From Clostridia bacterium (GTDB lineage: Bacteria > Bacillota > Clostridia > UMGS1883), in contig JAZUOX010000006.1 of the NCBI GenBank assembly GCA_045604905.1, forward strand, positions 772 through 64,771: a DNA stretch of 64,000 nucleotides, given 5' to 3'. Shown here piece after piece: positions 10,230 through 20,195 of the stretch (its first letter is position 1; each line of letters opens with the position of its first letter). The notes below the pieces were generated by a model. That model was not told the DNA's origin, did not search any database, and was given only the letters and a program-made list of their open reading frames with translations. The translations under genes were made by a program, and so were the position numbers.

Positions 10230-11060
10230 ATGTACAAAATCGGCTCATTTTTTTATTCGGTGGAAAGAGCTCTTGAACTCGGTGAAATAAAAGATTATGA
10301 CGAAGGACTTTTCCGCTTCAGAAATGCCGGAATAACAGGTATTCAGATTGAAGCTGAAATAGGTAACCGTATTAACTTAACCCAGCTTATTAATGCCATG
10401 AAAAATAACGGTATCGAATTTCATACAATTCATACTGCTCATCCTTGCAACTACAAGGATGAGGAAAGCTATCAAAAATCATTGGAACACTACAAAAATG
10501 CGATGAAATTTGCAGAGGAAATGAAATCTCCAATACTTATGATGGTTCCGCAGAAACCGTCAGGCTATATTGACTATGACTATATTAAGTTCCGCAGCGT
10601 TGCCCGCCGCTTAGTAAGTGATATGTGTGAATTCAGCAGAACAACTGCCGTAACTCCTACTATTGAGGACTATTCATTTAAAACTGCAGCATACGGACTT
10701 TTCAGTGATATAAAATATCTTCTTGACCATAACCCTGAACTTATGTTTACCTACGACAGCGGAAACTTTGTTCTTGCAGGTAATGACGAGCTTGAGGGGG
10801 CATATCTTTTTGCAGACCGTACAGTTGGTGTGCATTTTAAAGACCTTGTCTATGATGAAGAACACATCGAGTTTGTACGCGATGGTGTTTGTTATAACTC
10901 TGTTGCAATCGGTGACGGTATGCTTCGCAATAAAGAGGCGTTCAATGTGCTTAAAGAAGGAAAGTTTAAAGAAGGCAGCCTGATTATTGAAACAGGCTAT
11001 ACATACAACTGCTTTAAAAATACACTTAAATCAGCTGATTATATAAAAACTATTCTTTGA
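10230..11060 (+). CDS. Sugar phosphate isomerase/epimerase (xylose isomerase-like TIM barrel) family protein
   Basis: 276 aa whose overall pattern is that of AP endonuclease 2 / xylose isomerase-like TIM barrels (...GITGIQIEAE..., ...EFHTIHTAH..., ...AMKFAEEMKSPILMMVP..., ...GVHFKD...). Assigned by recognition only. Confidence 0.65.
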   Translation: MYKIGSFFYSVERALELGEIKDYDEGLFRFRNAGITGIQIEAEIGNRINLTQLINAMKNNGIEFHTIHTAHPCNYKDEESYQKSLEHYKNAMKFAEEMKSPILMMVPQKPSGYIDYDYIKFRSVARRLVSDMCEFSRTTAVTPTIEDYSFKTAAYGLFSDIKYLLDHNPELMFTYDSGNFVLAGNDELEGAYLFADRTVGVHFKDLVYDEEHIEFVRDGVCYNSVAIGDGMLRNKEAFNVLKEGKFKEGSLIIETGYTYNCFKNTLKSADYIKTIL

Positions 11061-11073
11061 AAGGAAAAGCGTT

Positions 11074-12057
11074 ATGACACAGAAAGTTTACGATGAAAAA
11101 TTCGAGAAATGGCTTATTGAGTATCTTGACGAAAAGCTTCCGGAAAAAATTTACGATGCCCATTACCATATAAACCGCAAATATGCGGCGGCGAAAGGGT
11201 ATGAGGGGAGAGCTTTTGATCAATATGCCGATTTTATGGCAAAATATGTACCCCGTCCACTTGCGGGCGGCCTTATTATGGCACAGCCGAACAGCAAACA
11301 CACTTCCGAAGATATTGCAGAAGAGAACTCATATATAATTGAGCTTTCAAAAAAACACAATCTTGACGTGGGAATCCTTGTTCCGCCATATTACAACCGT
11401 GAACAGACAGAAAAAATCATTGATGAAAATCCTACTGTAAAGATGCTTAAGCCCTACCTTACATATACTACCGGAGAAGATGCCCTTGAATCAGATATCT
11501 CAGAATTTGCTCCTGAATGGATGTGGCAGCTTGCCCACGACAGGAAAATGCCTATAATGATACATCTTTCTCACTATCAGAATATGCTGTGGGATGAGGC
11601 TAATCTCCGTGAAATACGGTTTTTCTGTAAAAAGTACCCCGATGCAAAACTTATTCTTGCACATTGCGCTATGGGACATAATGTGCCGAAACTAAGGCTC
11701 GCACTTGATGAAATAAAAGACCTTAAAAACATCTGGTTTGATTTTTCCGGCTCTACGGAAACAATGTCAATTTACTACTGTATAAGGACATTTGGCGTAG
11801 ATAAAATGATGTTCGGAGGAGACCATAATCACGGTGAAACACTGGGAAGAATTTGTACATTCGGAACAAATTTTATCGGACTTCATCCGGGATTTGTTGA
11901 TATGAACTATGTGACGGGAAGTCCATATAAATACCAGCCCCTAAACAATATGCAGGAAAGTCTTATGTGCTTTTTCCAGGCAGCGGAAATTCTTGATTTG
12001 AGTAAAGAAGATATCGAAAAAATCTTTTTTTACAATGCAAAAACAATTTTTAAATAA
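11074..12057 (+). CDS. Amidohydrolase_2-type metal-dependent hydrolase
   Basis: N-terminal H-x-H (YDAHYHI), an internal ILAHCAMGH, and C-terminal MMFGGDHNHG (Asp in the last strand), as in the PF04909-type family. Confidence 0.75.
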   Translation: MTQKVYDEKFEKWLIEYLDEKLPEKIYDAHYHINRKYAAAKGYEGRAFDQYADFMAKYVPRPLAGGLIMAQPNSKHTSEDIAEENSYIIELSKKHNLDVGILVPPYYNREQTEKIIDENPTVKMLKPYLTYTTGEDALESDISEFAPEWMWQLAHDRKMPIMIHLSHYQNMLWDEANLREIRFFCKKYPDAKLILAHCAMGHNVPKLRLALDEIKDLKNIWFDFSGSTETMSIYYCIRTFGVDKMMFGGDHNHGETLGRICTFGTNFIGLHPGFVDMNYVTGSPYKYQPLNNMQESLMCFFQAAEILDLSKEDIEKIFFYNAKTIFK

Positions 12058-12064
12058 AAACAAT

Positions 12065-12098
12065 GACGGTATAAACAAAGTTTGTGCCGTCTTTTTTT
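12065..12098 (+). terminator. Rho-independent terminator after the amidohydrolase gene
   Basis: GACGGTATAAAC-AAA-GTTTGTGCCGTC (two wobble/mismatch positions) followed by TTTTTTT. Confidence 0.75.
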
Positions 12099-12118
12099 AT
12101 ATACAACAATAAAAAATG

Positions 12119-12147
12119 TTGAAAAATATAAATCAGTGTGGTATAAT
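12119..12147 (+). promoter_or_regulatory. Sigma-A-type promoter upstream of recJ
   Basis: TTGAAA (12119-12124), 17-nt spacer, TATAAT (12142-12147), with a TG dinucleotide upstream of the -10. Confidence 0.6.
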
Positions 12148-12205
12148 TTATCTATTATAGTTGCTCGAATGGTCGAGAGTTTGAACTCCAACGAAAGAAG
12201 GGAAA

Positions 12206-14218
12206 ATGATGCTGGAAAAAGAATGGGTATTTCTTGATGAAAATATCAGTGAAGCGCAGGCAGATGCGTATGCAAAAATATTCGACATTCCCAAAATTGT
12301 GGCAAAAGTTCTTCTGAACAGAGGTTTTACCGATGCGGCAGAGGCAAAGAAGTTCCTTGACAAAACATCAGAAAATTTCTATTCGCCGAATCTTATGTGT
12401 GATATGGATAAGGCGGTAGAGAGAATCAAAAAAGCAGTGGAAAATAAAGAACATGTGGTTGTTTACGGAGATTACGATGTTGACGGCATTACCTCAACTG
12501 CAATTCTCGTAAGATATCTGCGTGGTCAGGGGGTAGACGCAAAAGCGTATATTCCTGACAGACAGAATGAAGGTTACGGAATAAACAAAGCAGCAGTTAA
12601 AAAAATATTTGAGAGTGGAGCAACTCTTCTCATAAGTGTAGATACAGGTATAACAGCTGTTGAAGAAACAGAATATGCAAAAGAACTCGGTTGTGATGTT
12701 ATTATTACTGACCATCACGAATGTAAGGAAGAGCTCCCGAAGGCGGTTGCAGTTGTTAACCCTAAAAGGGCTGATTGTAGTTATCCTTTTAAGGACCTTG
12801 CAGGTGTAGGAGTTGCGTTTAAGCTCGTATGTGCGGCAAGTGACAAGAGCGAGAATGAGCTTCTGGATGAATATTCAGACCTGGTAGCACTGGGAACTAT
12901 TGCAGATGTTGTCCCTCTTCGTGATGAGAACAGAGTTATTGCATCGCGCGGTATAGAAAAGCTTTCAAAGAATCCGAACACTGGACTTGCAGCAGTTATT
13001 TCCACTCTCGGACTCAGACAAAAGTGGAACAACTGCGCAGTTGTGAGTTATTCTATCGCACCCAGACTTAATGCAGCAGGAAGAATGTCAAATGCTATGA
13101 TTGCGGTTGATCTCCTCCTTACAAAAGACCCTGAGGAGGCGCAGGAACTGGCAATACGCCTTGATGAAGAAAATCGCAACAGACAAAATGAGGAAAGAGT
13201 TATCTTTGAAGAAGCAGTTGAGATGATAAACAGTCTTGACCTTGCAGATAAAAAAGTGCTTGTGCTTGGTAAACGTAACTGGCATCACGGAATTATAGGA
13301 GTTGTTGCCTCCAGAATATGCGAGCGCTACAATAAAACCTGTATTCTTATATCAATTGAAGACGAATGGTGTAAGAGCTCAGGCAGAAGTGTTGAGGGTA
13401 TAAATCTTTTTGATGCACTCAGCCATTGCTCAGATATACTTGAAAAATTCGGTGGTCATGCATATGCCGCAGGTTTTTCTATTAAAGAGGAGTACATTTC
13501 TGAGCTTGACAGAAGGCTTAATGAATTTGCAAAGGAAACTGATTCTTCCGCAAAGCTTCCGCAGCTTCTTATTGACTCGAAAATCACAGTTAAAGATATT
13601 AATGCGGCAACAATAAGAAAAACAGAGGTGCTGGCGCCCTACGGTGCAGGAAATAAGGTGCCGGTATATGCTCTTATGGGGGCAAAGGTTATTGATGTTA
13701 AAACCCTTTCCGAAGGAAAGCATACCAGAATTCTTGCGGAAAGTGACGGAAAAATTGTCGAGGCAATTGCGTTTGGTGCAGGCTCTCTTGCAGCAGAATA
13801 TTGCGTTGGTGATATTGTTGATATTGCAGGTGAACTTAATATCAATCTTTATAACGGGCAGGTAAGATTGCAGATAATTATGACCGGTATAAGGATTTCT
13901 CACAAGACTAAGGGAGATGTTCTTCCTGACAGACAAGATTTTGTAGATATGTACCGTTATTATAAACAGCAAGGGTCATGCAGTGAAGAAATTTCAAGTC
14001 TTACAGGGAAATTCAGCGATATGTTTGGCAGAAGAATTATGCGTGATAAAATAATAAATGTGCTCAGAGTATTTCAGGACCTTGACATACTTCACTTCAA
14101 TAAGCTTGGTGATGTTATCCAGGTAACAGTTCTTGAAAACGAAAAAGGCAAAAAAGTAGCAATAGATAAGAGCGCAGTTTATCAGGAAATTAAGCAAGAA
14201 GCAGAAAAGTATTTTTAA
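12206..14218 (+). CDS. recJ: Single-stranded-DNA-specific exonuclease RecJ
   Basis: DHH motifs (VVVYGDYDVDGITSTAIL, ISVDTGITA, VIITDHHE) and DHHA1 (GGHAYAAGFSI). Confidence 0.95.
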   Translation: MMLEKEWVFLDENISEAQADAYAKIFDIPKIVAKVLLNRGFTDAAEAKKFLDKTSENFYSPNLMCDMDKAVERIKKAVENKEHVVVYGDYDVDGITSTAILVRYLRGQGVDAKAYIPDRQNEGYGINKAAVKKIFESGATLLISVDTGITAVEETEYAKELGCDVIITDHHECKEELPKAVAVVNPKRADCSYPFKDLAGVGVAFKLVCAASDKSENELLDEYSDLVALGTIADVVPLRDENRVIASRGIEKLSKNPNTGLAAVISTLGLRQKWNNCAVVSYSIAPRLNAAGRMSNAMIAVDLLLTKDPEEAQELAIRLDEENRNRQNEERVIFEEAVEMINSLDLADKKVLVLGKRNWHHGIIGVVASRICERYNKTCILISIEDEWCKSSGRSVEGINLFDALSHCSDILEKFGGHAYAAGFSIKEEYISELDRRLNEFAKETDSSAKLPQLLIDSKITVKDINAATIRKTEVLAPYGAGNKVPVYALMGAKVIDVKTLSEGKHTRILAESDGKIVEAIAFGAGSLAAEYCVGDIVDIAGELNINLYNGQVRLQIIMTGIRISHKTKGDVLPDRQDFVDMYRYYKQQGSCSEEISSLTGKFSDMFGRRIMRDKIINVLRVFQDLDILHFNKLGDVIQVTVLENEKGKKVAIDKSAVYQEIKQEAEKYF

Positions 14219-14233
14219 AAAAGGAGGCTCATT

Positions 14234-16402
14234 ATGGCTTGCGCGTTTGAATCCTTAATGGAAAAAGTAAAAAAGTATAATAAGAATGCATCTGAGGATG
14301 AGGCGCTTATCAGAAAAGCCTATGAGCTTTGTAAGGAAAAACACGGTAATCAGCTTCGTCACAGCGGAGAGCCTTATTTTGTACATCCGTACGAAGTTGC
14401 GTGTATTCTTGCTGATATGGAGCTTGATGCTGAGGCAATAGTGGCAGGTCTTCTGCATGACGTTATAGAGGATACAGAAGTTGGATTTGACGAAATAAAA
14501 GAAGAATTCGGCCAGCAGATAGCACTTCTGGTAGAGGGTGTTACAAAACTTGATAAAATCAAGGTTATATCCAAAGAAGAAGCACATATTGAAAACCTCA
14601 GAAAGATGTTTTTTGCTATGGCAGAGGATATCCGTGTAGTCCTTATAAAACTTGCAGACAGACTTCACAATATGCGTACTCTTAAGCATATGAAGCCTGA
14701 AAAACAGCTTGAAAAAGCAAAAGAAACGCTGGATGTTTATGCTCCGCTTGCATATCGTCTCGGTATCTCAAAAATAAAAATTGAGCTTGAAGATTTGTCG
14801 CTGAAATACCTTGACAGTGTAGCATATTACGAAATAGTAGACGGGCTTTCACAGAAACAGTCCGAACGTGACGCATATGTTCAGAATGTGCGAAATGTTA
14901 TTGCTGATAAAATGGAGGCAATGAATATTGAGTGTCACATTTCTGCAAGGGCAAAGCATATTTTCAGTATTTTCAGAAAAATGTATAATCAGAACAAGAC
15001 CCTTGACGAGATTTATGACCTTTTCGCAGTGCGAATTATCGTAGATACAGTTGCGGAGTGTTATGCCGTTTTAGGTATTGTTCACGAGGAATACAAACCA
15101 ATTCCCGGACGATTTAAAGACTATATTGCAATGCCTAAGCCCAATATGTATCAGTCGCTTCATACTACGGTAATCGGTCCGGACGGTCAGCCTTTTGAAA
15201 TACAGATAAGAACCTGGGAAATGCACAGAGTTGCTGAGCGAGGCGTTGCAGCGCATTGGAAATATAAAGAAGGTAAAGCAGGAAACGGGGACAATCTCGA
15301 ATGGGTAAATAAGCTTCTTGAAATACAGAACGATTCTGTGGATCCGGAAGATTTTATGCGCACTCTTAAGATTGATATGTTCTCTGACGAAGTTTATGTG
15401 TTTACACCTAAAGGAGATGTTATTGCCCTTCCTGCAGGTTCTACACCCATTGACTTTGCTTTCTATATTCATTCTGCAGTAGGCTATAAGATGACGGGTG
15501 CAAAGGCAAATTCTAAAATAGTACCCCTTGATTATAAATTGCAAAACGGTGACATTGTTGAAGTTATTACTTCCGGTGCTAACAAAGGTCCCAGCATGGA
15601 CTGGCTTAAAATAGTTAAAACAAGCACTGCCAGAAGTAAAATAAATTCCTGGTTCAAAAAAGAAAACCGAGAAGCAAATATTGAACGGGGAAGAGTTGCT
15701 GTTGAAACAGAATTCAAAAGAGTCGGACTTAATCAGAATGAACTTTTTAAAACAAAATATCTTGACCCCATGCTTAAGCGTTACGGCTTTGCAGGGGTTG
15801 AGGAAATGTATGCGGCAATCGGATTCGGCGGTATTACTGCTGCAAAGGTTGTAGCGAGACTCAGGGATAGTTATCAGACAGAAAACAAGGAATTGCTTAC
15901 TCCTGAAATAGTTGTTAAACAGCCGAAAATAAAACCCAATAAGACAAACCTGGGTATTGAGGTTAAGGGCGTTGATAACTGCCTTGTAAGACTTTCCCGT
16001 TGTTGTAATCCCGTTCCCGGTGATGATATAATCGGTTTTATCACACGAGGCAGAGGTGTCAGCATACACCGTTGTGACTGTATAAACATTCAACCTGAAA
16101 ATCTTACGGAAGATATGCGTAGCCGTATGATTGACTGTGATTGGCTTGAGGGCATATCAACCTCATTCAATGCAGAACTCAGTATAGCATGCACAAACCG
16201 TAACGGTGTGCTTGCAGATGTTATCGGTGTTGTATCGGAGGAAAAACTTAATCTTCTTGCAACCAACGCAAGAGCACTTAAGGATAAGACTGCTCTTATT
16301 GATATTACTATCGAGGTTTCAAGTAAAGAACAGATTGATTCTATAATAAGAAAGCTTCACAGAGTCCCCGGTGTTTATGAGATTAAGAGAACAGTGCAGT
16401 AA
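14234..16402 (+). CDS. relA: Bifunctional (p)ppGpp synthetase/hydrolase (RelA/SpoT homologue)
   Basis: HD hydrolase domain (HPYEVACILA...LLHDVIEDT), synthetase domain (YKPIPGRFKDYIAMPKPNMYQSLHTTV...EIQIRT), then TGS and ACT-like C-terminal domains. Confidence 0.96.
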   Translation: MACAFESLMEKVKKYNKNASEDEALIRKAYELCKEKHGNQLRHSGEPYFVHPYEVACILADMELDAEAIVAGLLHDVIEDTEVGFDEIKEEFGQQIALLVEGVTKLDKIKVISKEEAHIENLRKMFFAMAEDIRVVLIKLADRLHNMRTLKHMKPEKQLEKAKETLDVYAPLAYRLGISKIKIELEDLSLKYLDSVAYYEIVDGLSQKQSERDAYVQNVRNVIADKMEAMNIECHISARAKHIFSIFRKMYNQNKTLDEIYDLFAVRIIVDTVAECYAVLGIVHEEYKPIPGRFKDYIAMPKPNMYQSLHTTVIGPDGQPFEIQIRTWEMHRVAERGVAAHWKYKEGKAGNGDNLEWVNKLLEIQNDSVDPEDFMRTLKIDMFSDEVYVFTPKGDVIALPAGSTPIDFAFYIHSAVGYKMTGAKANSKIVPLDYKLQNGDIVEVITSGANKGPSMDWLKIVKTSTARSKINSWFKKENREANIERGRVAVETEFKRVGLNQNELFKTKYLDPMLKRYGFAGVEEMYAAIGFGGITAAKVVARLRDSYQTENKELLTPEIVVKQPKIKPNKTNLGIEVKGVDNCLVRLSRCCNPVPGDDIIGFITRGRGVSIHRCDCINIQPENLTEDMRSRMIDCDWLEGISTSFNAELSIACTNRNGVLADVIGVVSEEKLNLLATNARALKDKTALIDITIEVSSKEQIDSIIRKLHRVPGVYEIKRTVQ

Positions 16403-16411
16403 GGTGATAAT

Positions 16412-17035
16412 ATGAAAATACAAAAAGTAGTAGTTGGCGAATTACAGGTAAATTGTTACCTGCTCACAGAAGGAAGCGAAGCAATCGCAATAGACCCGGG
16501 CGATGAGTGTTCAAAGATTATGCTTGCATCAGAAAATGAGGGTTGCACGATTACAAAAATCCTTCTTACCCACGGGCATTTTGACCACATCGGAGCGGTG
16601 GATGAGCTTGTGGAAAAGACCGGAGCAAAGGTTTATGTGCATCAGGAAGATGAAATAATGCTTTCTGATGATACAAAAAACCTCAGCGATATATCAAACG
16701 CAAAAATCAGACATTGCAAGGCAGACGTTAATTTTGATAATGGTGATGTAATAGATTTTTGCGGCAATAAGCTTAAAATTCATCACACTCCCGGTCATAG
16801 TCCAGGAGGTGTATGCATTGAAGCAGGAGAGTATCTTTTCAGCGGAGATTTACTTTTCCGGGAATCTATCGGACGATTTGACAGGGGAAATCTCAGAGCG
16901 GAGCTTAACTCTCTTAAATATCTTATGGATAATTTCAATGATGATGTTATTGTATATCCGGGACACGGACCCGAGACAACGATAGGCGAGGAAAGAGCAT
17001 ATAACCCCTATATAGTAAACCATGTAATGAGATGA
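16412..17035 (+). CDS. MBL-fold metallo-hydrolase
   Basis: THGHFDH metal motif, a later HTPGHSPG, and a C-terminal PGHG. Confidence 0.85.
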   Translation: MKIQKVVVGELQVNCYLLTEGSEAIAIDPGDECSKIMLASENEGCTITKILLTHGHFDHIGAVDELVEKTGAKVYVHQEDEIMLSDDTKNLSDISNAKIRHCKADVNFDNGDVIDFCGNKLKIHHTPGHSPGGVCIEAGEYLFSGDLLFRESIGRFDRGNLRAELNSLKYLMDNFNDDVIVYPGHGPETTIGEERAYNPYIVNHVMR

Positions 17036-17039
17036 TTTT

Positions 17040-18461
17040 ATGGAAATAATAACAAAAGGTCATGAGCTTGATGACGCCGTAAGACAGGTATTGCAGCTCT
17101 TTTTTGACATAAATACAGAGTTTACGGTGGAATCAGGCTTAATCGATAATAATAATGTGTACGAAGCTGCTGCAACGGTTACCATAGGCGATAAAAAAGC
17201 CTTTGGAGAAGCGAAGAAGCAGCTTTTTTCGCCAAACAGGAAAGAAATAAGCGACCTTATAAAAAAGTCAGTGTTTTTTGCATGTAAAAAGCTTTCTGAT
17301 ATGCCAACCCCCTGGGGTGTTTCAACAGGTATAAGACCTGCAAAAACTGCCAGAATGATGCTTGAAGAAGGCTTTTCTGATGAAGATATCCTTTCTTTTA
17401 TGACAGACGAATACTATGTTGAAAAAAATAAAGCTCTGCTCAGTCTTGCAGTTGCAAAAAAAGAGGCAGAACTTTTAAAAGAAAGAGAGAAAAATGCGAT
17501 AAGCCTTTATGTCGGAGTACCTTTTTGCCCGACCAGGTGCGCTTATTGCTCGTTTATTTCTCAGGCAGTAGCTCACAACAGTAAATTTTTGATGCCTTAT
17601 GTTGATGCGCTCAGAAAGGAAATAGAGGCAACTGCCCGAATTGCAGATGATTTTGGTTATAAGGTTGAAACCGTTTATTTTGGTGGAGGTACCCCAACAA
17701 CTCTACCGCCTGAAAGCCTGGATATTCTGATAAAAGATATAAAATCATCATTTGATGTGTCTGAACTTAAAGAGTTTACTGTTGAAGCAGGCAGGCCTGA
17801 TACATTTACCTGCGAAATGCTGGACACCCTTAAGAGTAACGGCGTAGGCAGAATCAGTATAAACCCGCAGACGATGAATCAGAAGACACTTGCTTTAATC
17901 GGAAGAAGACATACCGTTGAAGATACAGTAAAGGCTTTTGAGATGGCGAAAAAGTATAGCTTTTTCAGTATAAATGCAGACCTTATTGCAGGTCTTCCCG
18001 GAGAAACTCCCGATGATTTTGAAAAAACAGTAAGAGAAGTAGTAGGTCTTAATCCTGATGCTGTCACAGTTCATACTATGTATATGAAGCGTGCGGCGAA
18101 GCTTATTGACGATTTTGAAAAGCTCCGCTTTGCATCCCATACTGCAGAAATGATAGATTTCTCTCACAGATATCTTACGGAAAAAGGCTTTATGCCATAC
18201 TATATGTATAAGCAGAGAAATACTCTCGGGAACCTTGAGAACACTGCCTTTGCAAAGAACGGACACGAAAGTCTTTATAATATTTATATTATGGAGGAGA
18301 TACAGACCATATTTGCCCTCGGCGGTGGTGCGTCCACAAAGATGGTTAAAGGTGACAGAATAGAAAGAGTATTTAACCCCAAGGAAGCAGGAGACTACAT
18401 AAAACGCATTGATGAAATAATAGAGAAGAAGAAAAAGGCAGTAGAATTTTTAAAGGATTGA
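17040..18461 (+). CDS. hemZ: Radical SAM coproporphyrinogen-dehydrogenase-like protein (HemZ type)
   Basis: Radical SAM CX3CX2C (VPFCPTRCAYCSF) after a ~150-aa N-terminal extension; HemN-like core (YFGGGTPT). Confidence 0.8.
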   Translation: MEIITKGHELDDAVRQVLQLFFDINTEFTVESGLIDNNNVYEAAATVTIGDKKAFGEAKKQLFSPNRKEISDLIKKSVFFACKKLSDMPTPWGVSTGIRPAKTARMMLEEGFSDEDILSFMTDEYYVEKNKALLSLAVAKKEAELLKEREKNAISLYVGVPFCPTRCAYCSFISQAVAHNSKFLMPYVDALRKEIEATARIADDFGYKVETVYFGGGTPTTLPPESLDILIKDIKSSFDVSELKEFTVEAGRPDTFTCEMLDTLKSNGVGRISINPQTMNQKTLALIGRRHTVEDTVKAFEMAKKYSFFSINADLIAGLPGETPDDFEKTVREVVGLNPDAVTVHTMYMKRAAKLIDDFEKLRFASHTAEMIDFSHRYLTEKGFMPYYMYKQRNTLGNLENTAFAKNGHESLYNIYIMEEIQTIFALGGGASTKMVKGDRIERVFNPKEAGDYIKRIDEIIEKKKKAVEFLKD

Positions 18462-18465
18462 TTTC

Positions 18466-20100
18466 ATGAAAATTAATTTTGATAAAAAAGAATACACGGT
18501 AGATGACAAAATCACTGTAAGTGATTTCATAAAATCACAAAACCTTGAAAAAACAGTCCTTGCTGTAAAGAGAAACAATGCAATAGTTGCCCCTGGTTAT
18601 ATTTTAAAGGATAGGGATGAAATTACTTCCATTACAATTTCAGATGATGAGGGGTATCTTATTTACAAGGAAACACTGATTATTGTTCTTCTGCACGCAG
18701 TAGAACAGCTTTCTGACTGCAGTGCCGTGTTTATAAGGCAGTCCGTTAATAAATCCACTTACTTTGAAATTGAATGTAATGATATCACTAAAGAAGAAAC
18801 CGCAAGAAGAATAAAAGCAAAAATAAAATCAATAATAGAGAACGGTATCACCATAAATCAGAAGGAGCTTTCAAAGAACGATGTTGTAAAACTCTTTGAA
18901 AAATACGGTGATGCTTTCCGCGCGAAAGAAGTTTCACGTCTGCCCGCAGAAAAAATACGGGTATGCGAAACGGCAAAAAGATGTCACATCACATATCAGC
19001 CACTTGCGTACAGCGTAAAGGCTGTAAATAATTTTGATGTTATCCCTTATGAAGACGGATTTCTTTTGAAATATCCCACAAATTACACTGTAAACTCTAT
19101 TCCCGAAATGAAATCCGGTGCAAAAGTGCATCGTGCAATAGAAGATTACCGCGACTGGATAACAACAATCGGTGCAGAGGATATTTTCAGCCTTAACAGT
19201 TTTATTCAGAATGGAAAGAGCACCGATATAGTAAACCTTTCTGAGGGCCTTCACGAAAAGCGTATAAGCCGTATAGCCGATAAAATCAGTGAAAACAGTG
19301 ATATAAAGGTCATCCTTATTGCAGGACCTTCGTCTTCTGGAAAAACAACCTTTGCAAACAGACTGTGTCTGCACCTCCGCATTAATCATGTTGAGCCGAT
19401 AGTAATATCCCTTGATGATTATTATGTAAATGATGACCGTATGCCCCGTGACGAAAAGGGCGAAATGGACTTTGAATGTGTAGAAGCTATTGATTACGAG
19501 CTTTTTAACGAGCACCTTTCGCTTCTGACAGAAGGGAAAAGTGTAGAACTTCCAAAATATGATTTCAATGTGCGTCATAGAGTAAAGGGAAAAACAATAA
19601 CCCTTAACGAGGGACAGATTCTTATTGTAGAGGGTATTCACGCCCTTAACGAGCTTCTTACAAGCCGTGTTGAAAGAAAGAATAAATATAAAATATATCT
19701 TAGCGCACTTACAAGCCTTTGCCTTGATGAGTATAACGCATTTTCACCTACGGATAACCGACTTATCCGCAGAATGGTCAGGGATGCGCAGTTCCGTAAT
19801 ACTCCCGCAGAGCATACTTTCAAGCTGTGGAAAAGCGTCAGACGGGGAGAGCAGAAGTATATTTTCCCCTTTGAAAGCGAAGCTGACGAGGTGTTTAATT
19901 CATCCCTTGTGTATGAGCTTTCGGTGCTGAAAGAGCCTGCAATAAAACTCCTTAACACAATAGGGGAGGACAGCGAGTATTACAGTAAGGCAATGCGCCT
20001 TAAAGAGCTTCTGTCGTTCTTTGAAACGATGAATCCGGAAGTTATTCCGCCCATATCAATTATCCGTGAATTTATCGGCGGAAGTACAATAGTTCATTAA
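18466..20100 (+). CDS. Uridine kinase/phosphoribulokinase-family nucleoside kinase with an N-terminal TGS-like extension
   Basis: P-loop IAGPSSSGKTTFANRL in the C-terminal half, with SLDDYY downstream. The ~270-aa N-terminal region resembles the TGS/second-additional-domain region of ThrRS. Assigned by recognition. Confidence 0.7.
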   Translation: MKINFDKKEYTVDDKITVSDFIKSQNLEKTVLAVKRNNAIVAPGYILKDRDEITSITISDDEGYLIYKETLIIVLLHAVEQLSDCSAVFIRQSVNKSTYFEIECNDITKEETARRIKAKIKSIIENGITINQKELSKNDVVKLFEKYGDAFRAKEVSRLPAEKIRVCETAKRCHITYQPLAYSVKAVNNFDVIPYEDGFLLKYPTNYTVNSIPEMKSGAKVHRAIEDYRDWITTIGAEDIFSLNSFIQNGKSTDIVNLSEGLHEKRISRIADKISENSDIKVILIAGPSSSGKTTFANRLCLHLRINHVEPIVISLDDYYVNDDRMPRDEKGEMDFECVEAIDYELFNEHLSLLTEGKSVELPKYDFNVRHRVKGKTITLNEGQILIVEGIHALNELLTSRVERKNKYKIYLSALTSLCLDEYNAFSPTDNRLIRRMVRDAQFRNTPAEHTFKLWKSVRRGEQKYIFPFESEADEVFNSSLVYELSVLKEPAIKLLNTIGEDSEYYSKAMRLKELLSFFETMNPEVIPPISIIREFIGGSTIVH

Positions 20101-20110
20101 TAGAAAATAA

Positions 20111-20143
20111 AAAGGGAATCAGCTAAAAAGCTGATTCCCAACA
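20111..20143. terminator. Shared hairpin between the convergent udk-like and hydE-mnmA genes
   Basis: GGGAATCAGC-TAAAAA-GCTGATTCCC. A good T tract exists on the minus-strand reading (CCCTTTTTATTTT), and the plus-strand downstream sequence is A-rich. Confidence 0.7.
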
Positions 20144-20195
20144 AAATAACATTGAATTATAAACACAGGTGAATTGAAACTATAATAATTTTGCG

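Noticed and set aside
15071-16093. 340-aa minus-strand ORF
   Set aside because: It is antisense to relA/spoT, which is strongly supported. The sequence is featureless and Phe/Asn/Cys-rich, with no RBS.
18934-19641. 235-aa minus-strand ORF
   Set aside because: It is antisense to the uridine-kinase-family gene, whose P-loop lies in this stretch. It has no motifs of its own.
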